From a virus (Duplodnaviria; Caudoviricetes), in the IMG/VR virus record IMGVR_UViG_3300005077_000053, positions 1 through 55,329 of that record: DNA of 55,329 nt, one strand, 5' to 3'. The notes beneath the pieces are model-generated. The model was not told the origin of the DNA. It saw nothing but the letters and a program-made list of their open reading frames with translations, and made no database searches. Each line of letters opens with the position of its first letter. Position 1 is the first letter of the stretch. Shown piece by piece: positions 50,217-55,329 of the stretch. A program made the position numbers and the translations under genes.

Positions 50217-51269
50217 TTAAACTAATTCACATTTTTCTCCAATACATGCATATTCTTGAGCCCCAGTTGTATTATCTTCTTCTTCAAACTTATCTAATTC
50301 ATTATAATCTATTTCTGGCATCTTGTTAATTAATTCATTGTATTTCTCTTCAGTAATTTCTTCATATGGGGCTAATTTATAAATTCCTCCGTCATATGGT
50401 AAAAATGAAACCCCAGAAATAAAATCCCAATTCTTATATAACCAAGCTAATACTTCTAACCACTCATTTTCTTTTACATAAATTGTACAACTTGGTTTAT
50501 GTGTACACCAATAATCTTGAATCATTTTCCAATATTCTAATTGTTCTAATGCAGTTTTTTCATCTCTCATAACTGCTGAATCAGGAGATTTACATGGAAA
50601 CTCAAATACATAAGTTTTACAATCTTCTAATTTTTTACCTACTTCCGGTTGATATGGAACTCCTTTATTAATCATAAATTGACACATTGGATCCATAGAA
50701 TCAACTCTTACTCTTCTAATATAATATGGAGAATATCTAGGATGAATTCCTGAACTTGTATTCATTAATTGCGAAACATTTCCACTCGGTTTTACCGCAG
50801 TAAATGAAGTTGACATATTAATTTCTAAAGCGTGACACCATTCTTTCATAGTAGATAATGCTTCTTGTTTCATAGCAAATAACCATTCTTTTGCTTTAGT
50901 AGATTTACGATTTAAAACATTATTATCTGCTAATCCAGTTAAACTTACTCCTAATAATCTTTCCTCTTCACAATTCTTTTTCCAATTTCGATTAAGAAAT
51001 TTAAAATTAGTTAATGTACTTTGAACTACTCCTAAAATAGTAGCATTTCTAACTTTTATTTTTAAAGTATCTAAATCATCATTTTCACGAATAATTACTT
51101 CACTTAAATTACAAAACTGATTACTTCTTAATATAATTTCACTATTATGTACTAAAATATCGTTAGCAAAAAAATTATGATTCTTAGGACAATTTATATC
51201 ATACGTATCTTCATTTTCTACGACGTTAATTTTTTTAATTCTTTTTTTGATAACTTTATATTTTTCCAT
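50217..51269 (-). CDS. nrdJ: Class II ribonucleotide reductase C-terminal fragment with C-intein (42 aa, 51269-51144)
   Basis: TYDI....HNFFANDILVHN|SEIILRSNQFCNLSEV, VKPSG, HKPSCT, terminal ACIGEKCEL. Confidence 0.93.
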   Translation of the reverse strand: MEKYKVIKKRIKKINVVENEDTYDINCPKNHNFFANDILVHNSEIILRSNQFCNLSEVIIRENDDLDTLKIKVRNATILGVVQSTLTNFKFLNRNWKKNCEEERLLGVSLTGLADNNVLNRKSTKAKEWLFAMKQEALSTMKEWCHALEINMSTSFTAVKPSGNVSQLMNTSSGIHPRYSPYYIRRVRVDSMDPMCQFMINKGVPYQPEVGKKLEDCKTYVFEFPCKSPDSAVMRDEKTALEQLEYWKMIQDYWCTHKPSCTIYVKENEWLEVLAWLYKNWDFISGVSFLPYDGGIYKLAPYEEITEEKYNELINKMPEIDYNELDKFEEEDNTTGAQEYACIGEKCELV

Positions 51270-52021
51270 TCATTTAATTCCTTTATATATGTTGTATTTA
51301 ATAAATATGGGTTTAAATCATCAATTATTATAATATTCACATTATATTCTTTTTTTAACATTTTAATTTTATAAAGTCTTAGTTTAAATCTAGATCCTTT
51401 TACTTCAACTATATATTCAATATTATTTTGAATTATTTTAAAATCTGGTAAATATGATTCCCCATTCGATAATTTAAATGATTTATAAATTGGATCCCAA
51501 ATTATATTATTATAATCTAACCATTTACAATATACATATTCCCATGTACTTCTTAACCAAATATATTTTCCATTTTTTCTTTTATAATATCCTTGAATTC
51601 CAGTATTAGAATTATCTATAATATTATATCCTTTTTCTGGCCAATTATACCATGGACTTTTATTTCCGGAAACTCTTTCTGATCTAAATTTTTTTAATTT
51701 TTCTGTTACAACATTTTTTCCGGTTCGTGTTTTTAAATTTAAATAATTTATTAATAAATTTCTTGTTTTTGTATATGATAAACCCAAACATTTAGCAATA
51801 ATTTTAAATCCATATCCACTATTATAAAAATCTTCTAAATATTTTAAAGAATCTGAATCTAATTTATTTTCTTTTAAAAACCTTTCTCTTTCAGATTCTT
51901 TTTTAAATTGATTTTTTATATTTTTCTTTTTTAATACTTCATTATACCATTTTAAAATACTTTCTTTATGATTAATATCAAAATCTACTTGCATTTTAAT
52001 ATTCCATGGATTTTTTTTCAT
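51218..52021 (-). CDS. Free-standing homing endonuclease (PD-(D/E)XK, TnsA-like) between the split nrdJ halves
   Basis: RSTWE...KWLD, YLPDF, VEVKG. Overlaps the C-intein start. TATAAATA at 52040-47 on the - strand. Confidence 0.8.
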   Translation of the reverse strand: MKKNPWNIKMQVDFDINHKESILKWYNEVLKKKNIKNQFKKESERERFLKENKLDSDSLKYLEDFYNSGYGFKIIAKCLGLSYTKTRNLLINYLNLKTRTGKNVVTEKLKKFRSERVSGNKSPWYNWPEKGYNIIDNSNTGIQGYYKRKNGKYIWLRSTWEYVYCKWLDYNNIIWDPIYKSFKLSNGESYLPDFKIIQNNIEYIVEVKGSRFKLRLYKIKMLKKEYNVNIIIIDDLNPYLLNTTYIKELNEWKNIKLSKKELKKLTS

Positions 52022-52086
52022 TTTTATCTCCTATATAATTATTTATAAAAAATAAAAATGGAATTAATCCATGTAGCATATTTTTA

Positions 52087-53385
52087 TTAAATACTTAATA
52101 AAATATCATCTTTTGTTAATTGAGCTGCTTCTATATATCCCCGGTTTTCTGTATAAACTTTATGATCTGGGGTTAATTTTAAACGTTCCCCATCCTCTAA
52201 TTCTAATTCAATTAACGTCGCATTTTTTCTTGTTTGTTTTCCATATATAATATTTTCATATTCTAAAGTTTTTGAATTTATATCATATGTTAAAATTTTA
52301 TAATCTCTAATATTATCAATTAATTCTTTAATTGTAATATTCCCTTTATCGGTTTTAATTAATGTATCTGCCGGTAAACAACATGGATTGGTTCCAAATT
52401 CATAATTTGTATCTCGTCTTCCATCTTTAGCAACTAATCTTTTTGCTCCTTCTCTATTAAAAATACCTCGTTCTCCAGATTTTGAACGTATTAAACTAAT
52501 CCATTCTTTCATTAATATTTCAGGAGAAGGTTTTTCTGTATATGCAACAGAATTATTGGTTAATGATCTCCATGGAGTTGTCATCCAAAATTCACCATCT
52601 TTTGCATGACGCATTCTTTCATCACTTAAATTAGATAAAGAAATGCATGCTGCTCGTCTAGTTCCTCCAACAACAACTACTTCAGAAATTTTACAACATA
52701 TATCATGAACTTCTAAAGAATTTAATTTTCTTCCTAAAGAATTTTTAAAAATATTAGTAATAAATTGAATTAATTCTCTATATGGTTCGGGGCCTGAAGC
52801 TCTTCCACCAAAAGTTTTTAACAATGATCCGGCAGGACGAACTTTAGATAAATCTAATGTTAATTCTTTTCCTTCATATAAAGCTTTTATATATGAATAT
52901 AAACCCTCTGCCCATCCTAATTTTGAATCTTTAACAACTAATACTTCATCAGATTTTTTAATCTCATCAGGAATACTTGGTAAAGAATTTATATATTGTC
53001 TTTCTACAGAAAATCCTATACCACACCCTGCTAATAAAACCATAAACATTTCTGCAAAAGCTTTAATATTATCTATAGCAAGATATGAACAATTATAGCC
53101 AGAGGTATTATCTCTTTCTAAAGCTTTACCCGCAGACCATAAAGCTCTCATAGAAGGAACAACTTCTAAATTTAAAATACTTTCACATACTTTTAAAAAT
53201 TCATCTTTTTTATTTTCAGGTACTCTAGATTCAAAAAAATCATAATATCTTTTAATAGTTTCTGGCCATTTTTCTCTTCTATTTAAATCTTCTAACCATC
53301 TTGCATAAGTTCTTTTATATATAAATTGTTGGTATGCACTTGGCCACTTAAAATCAACATCAAAAACTTCATCTTTATTTCTCAA
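52087..53385 (-). CDS. nrdJ: Class II ribonucleotide reductase N-terminal fragment with N-intein (97 aa, 52380-52090)
   Basis: RTYARW, PSMRAL, NCS, GIGFSV, FGGRASGPEP, GTNPC|CLPADT...TPDHKVYT..RGY. Confidence 0.93.
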   Translation of the reverse strand: MRNKDEVFDVDFKWPSAYQQFIYKRTYARWLEDLNRREKWPETIKRYYDFFESRVPENKKDEFLKVCESILNLEVVPSMRALWSAGKALERDNTSGYNCSYLAIDNIKAFAEMFMVLLAGCGIGFSVERQYINSLPSIPDEIKKSDEVLVVKDSKLGWAEGLYSYIKALYEGKELTLDLSKVRPAGSLLKTFGGRASGPEPYRELIQFITNIFKNSLGRKLNSLEVHDICCKISEVVVVGGTRRAACISLSNLSDERMRHAKDGEFWMTTPWRSLTNNSVAYTEKPSPEILMKEWISLIRSKSGERGIFNREGAKRLVAKDGRRDTNYEFGTNPCCLPADTLIKTDKGNITIKELIDNIRDYKILTYDINSKTLEYENIIYGKQTRKNATLIELELEDGERLKLTPDHKVYTENRGYIEAAQLTKDDILLSI

Positions 53386-53434
53386 TTATATCAACCTCCA
53401 AAAATAACATATTATAATTATATATACATATTAA

Positions 53435-53671
53435 TCATTGTAAACATCTATTTTTAAAACTATTCTTTTGTAATACAGGAGTAATATCTTTTATACCTTT
53501 ATCCGTAATCATTTCAATTATATAATCATCATTAGATAATTCGAGAAATCTATTATATGCATCTTCATAATTATATGTAATAAAACAATTATTATACCCA
53601 TATGACAAATGCGTAGATTTCTCAAATTCAATTCTTTCTCTATTATTAACAATAATAAATCTATCTTTCAT
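53435..53671 (-). CDS. Hypothetical protein
   Basis: SD gagg, 78 aa. Confidence 0.55.
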   Translation of the reverse strand: MKDRFIIVNNRERIEFEKSTHLSYGYNNCFITYNYEDAYNRFLELSNDDYIIEMITDKGIKDITPVLQKNSFKNRCLQ

Positions 53672-53679
53672 TATTTACC

Positions 53680-54165
53680 TCATTCTAATAAATATATCTT
53701 TGCTCCATATACTCCTTTATCTGTATAAATTTCTTTATAATTATACATTTTAGCTAATATTACAAATTTGTCATATAATTTAATTCTATCTTGCATTGCT
53801 TCAAATAAAAAATATTTAGATTTAACTTCATTAATAAATTTAATTAATACATCTTTTAATACCCCAAAAATTTTAAAAGCATTAGTATTTCCTAATGTTT
53901 CTATACTTCCATCTGCTTGAAAATGAACCCCATATACATCTTTATCTGAATCAACATATTCTGATAACTTAGTCTTATTTTTAATTTCATTATACATTGG
54001 ACTCATATATGCTTGTCCTAACATAATTATATATTCCCTATCATTAAAATAAAAAACTACTTACCAAAAATTCCTAGATCGTTTAATAACTTCATGTTTT
54101 ATATCTTTTGGCATATTAAAAATTTCATTTATATATTCTTTAAATGTTCCCAATATATATATCAT
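53680..54165 (-). pseudogene. Late gene with TFKEYINE leader, interrupted by one in-frame TAA (54061-63)
   Basis: MIYILGTFKEYINEIFNMPKDIKHEVIKRSRNFW*VVFYFNDREYIIMLGQAY... continues in frame into the track ORF 53680..54024. TATAAATA at 54182-89 on the - strand. Confidence 0.65.
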
Positions 54166-54184
54166 CCAAGTTTAATATATATAT

Positions 54185-54421
54185 TTATAATTTTAATTCT
54201 TTCATTTTACTAAATCCAAATATTAACCATGAATAACTTTTTCCTATATATTGTTTTTCATTTATAATATTATTTAAATCTCGTTTATCTATTTTTAAAT
54301 TAAACGAAAACCCTATGGAAAATGTATATTCATAACCTAAAACATTTGTTTCATTATTTAATGTATATGCAAAAATAAAATCTATTTGTTTATCTATAAA
54401 TACTATACTTAAATTAATCAT
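54185..54421 (-). CDS. Hypothetical protein
   Basis: SD gagga, 78 aa. Confidence 0.5.
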   Translation of the reverse strand: MINLSIVFIDKQIDFIFAYTLNNETNVLGYEYTFSIGFSFNLKIDKRDLNNIINEKQYIGKSYSWLIFGFSKMKELKL

Positions 54422-54429
54422 TTAGATCC

Positions 54430-55083
54430 TCATACAATAAGTGATTCATATATTTCTGGTAATAATAAATTTAATTCAGTTAATAATGGAAACATAATTT
54501 CCCTAATTTGAGGATGAGCAGCTTTAGAAGTTCTAAGATTTAATATATGATACCATTCACGTAAATTAGTAGTAGTTACTATTTCTGTCTTTAAACTATT
54601 AGGTAATATAGATCTTGCTTCTTGAGGTTTCCATCCATGTTCAATTAAATCATTATATCTTTTTTCACAATATAAACAATAATGAATCCATTCAGAATCA
54701 TTATATTCTAAATTTTCAGAAACGTCACTATAAAATTTATATTCTCCAGGACTAATATTTACCCATGGAGGAATAATAAAAGTCATTCCTTTTTTATTAT
54801 AATTTACATATCTGGTGCTCTCCTGAGAATAACTTGCAAGTCTATGACGAACTAATTCATGAGTAACTCCTCTATCACATATAAATCTTACACTTATATT
54901 AAAATGTTCCAATACACTATAATGACCAGATTTAAATATCCCACTAACAAATTTACTTGAAGAATTTTCAGTAATTTTATCTTCTGATTTATAACATGTT
55001 CGTCCACATAATTCTATATGTTTTAAAACTTCTTCTCTATTAATTTTGGTTAAAATTTCATGACTTGGTTTTACTAATAACAT
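54430..55083 (-). CDS. thyX: Flavin-dependent thymidylate synthase
   Basis: GHYSVLEH, RGVTHELVRHRLASYSQESTRY, ARSILP, NLREW, AHPQIR. Start ATG 55083 after SD ggag. Confidence 0.95.
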   Translation of the reverse strand: MLLVKPSHEILTKINREEVLKHIELCGRTCYKSEDKITENSSSKFVSGIFKSGHYSVLEHFNISVRFICDRGVTHELVRHRLASYSQESTRYVNYNKKGMTFIIPPWVNISPGEYKFYSDVSENLEYNDSEWIHYCLYCEKRYNDLIEHGWKPQEARSILPNSLKTEIVTTTNLREWYHILNLRTSKAAHPQIREIMFPLLTELNLLLPEIYESLIV

Positions 55084-55152
55084 TTTAAATCTCCATATCT
55101 TCAATCACAATCTAAACATACACCATTGGTGTATGTGAAATAAATTCATATT

Positions 55153-55329
55153 TTATTTTCCAATTATTTCAAATTTCCAAACTCTGGCTTTACAGTTTTT
55201 ATTATTTTTTACCCAAGTTCCCCATGCACTTAATGGCACACGTACTTTAATTTCACCTTTAGGCCAAATACCAAAGCCAAATGAATTATTAATATTTGGA
55301 TTAATATCACAATGCCAATCTTTATACAT
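55153..55329 (-). CDS. Hypothetical protein, probably the 3' end of a gene beyond the window
   Basis: Open frame from the window edge: ...FGFGIWPKGEIKVRVP...CKARVWKFEIIGK*. Confidence 0.5.
   Translation of the reverse strand: MYKDWHCDINPNINNSFGFGIWPKGEIKVRVPLSAWGTWVKNNKNCKARVWKFEIIGK

Noticed and set aside
10099-51374. Antisense track ORFs (10099, 10402, 15189, 21632, 24906, 26580, 28599, 32042, 34296, 40094, 44691, 48291, 49773, 51177)
   Set aside because: Shadows of real genes on the opposite strand, with I/L/F/S-rich translations typical of AT-rich antisense frames.
1-55329. Genome-wide stop-codon reassignment (TAG or TAA), suggested by in-frame stops
   Set aside because: TAG ends gp18, gp53, the gp7-like and fibre genes, often overlapping the next SD. 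TAA and TGA end many others. Core genes are full length under the standard code.

Overview
Very AT-rich segment of a large T4-like myovirus genome. From 1 to ~34.5 kb (+ strand) it holds the tail and baseplate module (gp15, gp18, gp19, chaperone, tape measure, gp48/53/27/5/25/6/7-like, fibres), then late sigma gp55, gp47/gp46 and UvsX. From ~34.5 kb to the end (- strand) it holds a restriction-like nuclease, a DHH phosphoesterase, a degenerate tRNA-His, an ~11 kb island of about 7 glycosyltransferase-like and 3 sulfotransferase genes, primase, class II RNR and ThyX. Structure the ORF track does not explain: (1) a 328-nt ORF-less group I intron in the tail sheath gene (3664-3991); (2) a T TTT TTC -1 frameshift fusing the tail chaperone to a startless gp51-like ORF; (3) nrdJ fractured by a naturally split intein with a free-standing endonuclease between the halves; (4) a GC-rich swapped fibre-tip cassette followed by decayed alternative cassettes; (5) a recurring N-terminal leader resembling the T4 capsid-targeting sequence, including on an amidoligase; (6) a twice-repeated GTCWCGC-hairpin-AGGATT-terminator element. 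The best candidate for an undescribed system is the phage-encoded sulfated-glycan pathway, possibly acting on Ser-Gly-rich virion proteins. All family assignments come from motif recognition by eye; no database searches were run.
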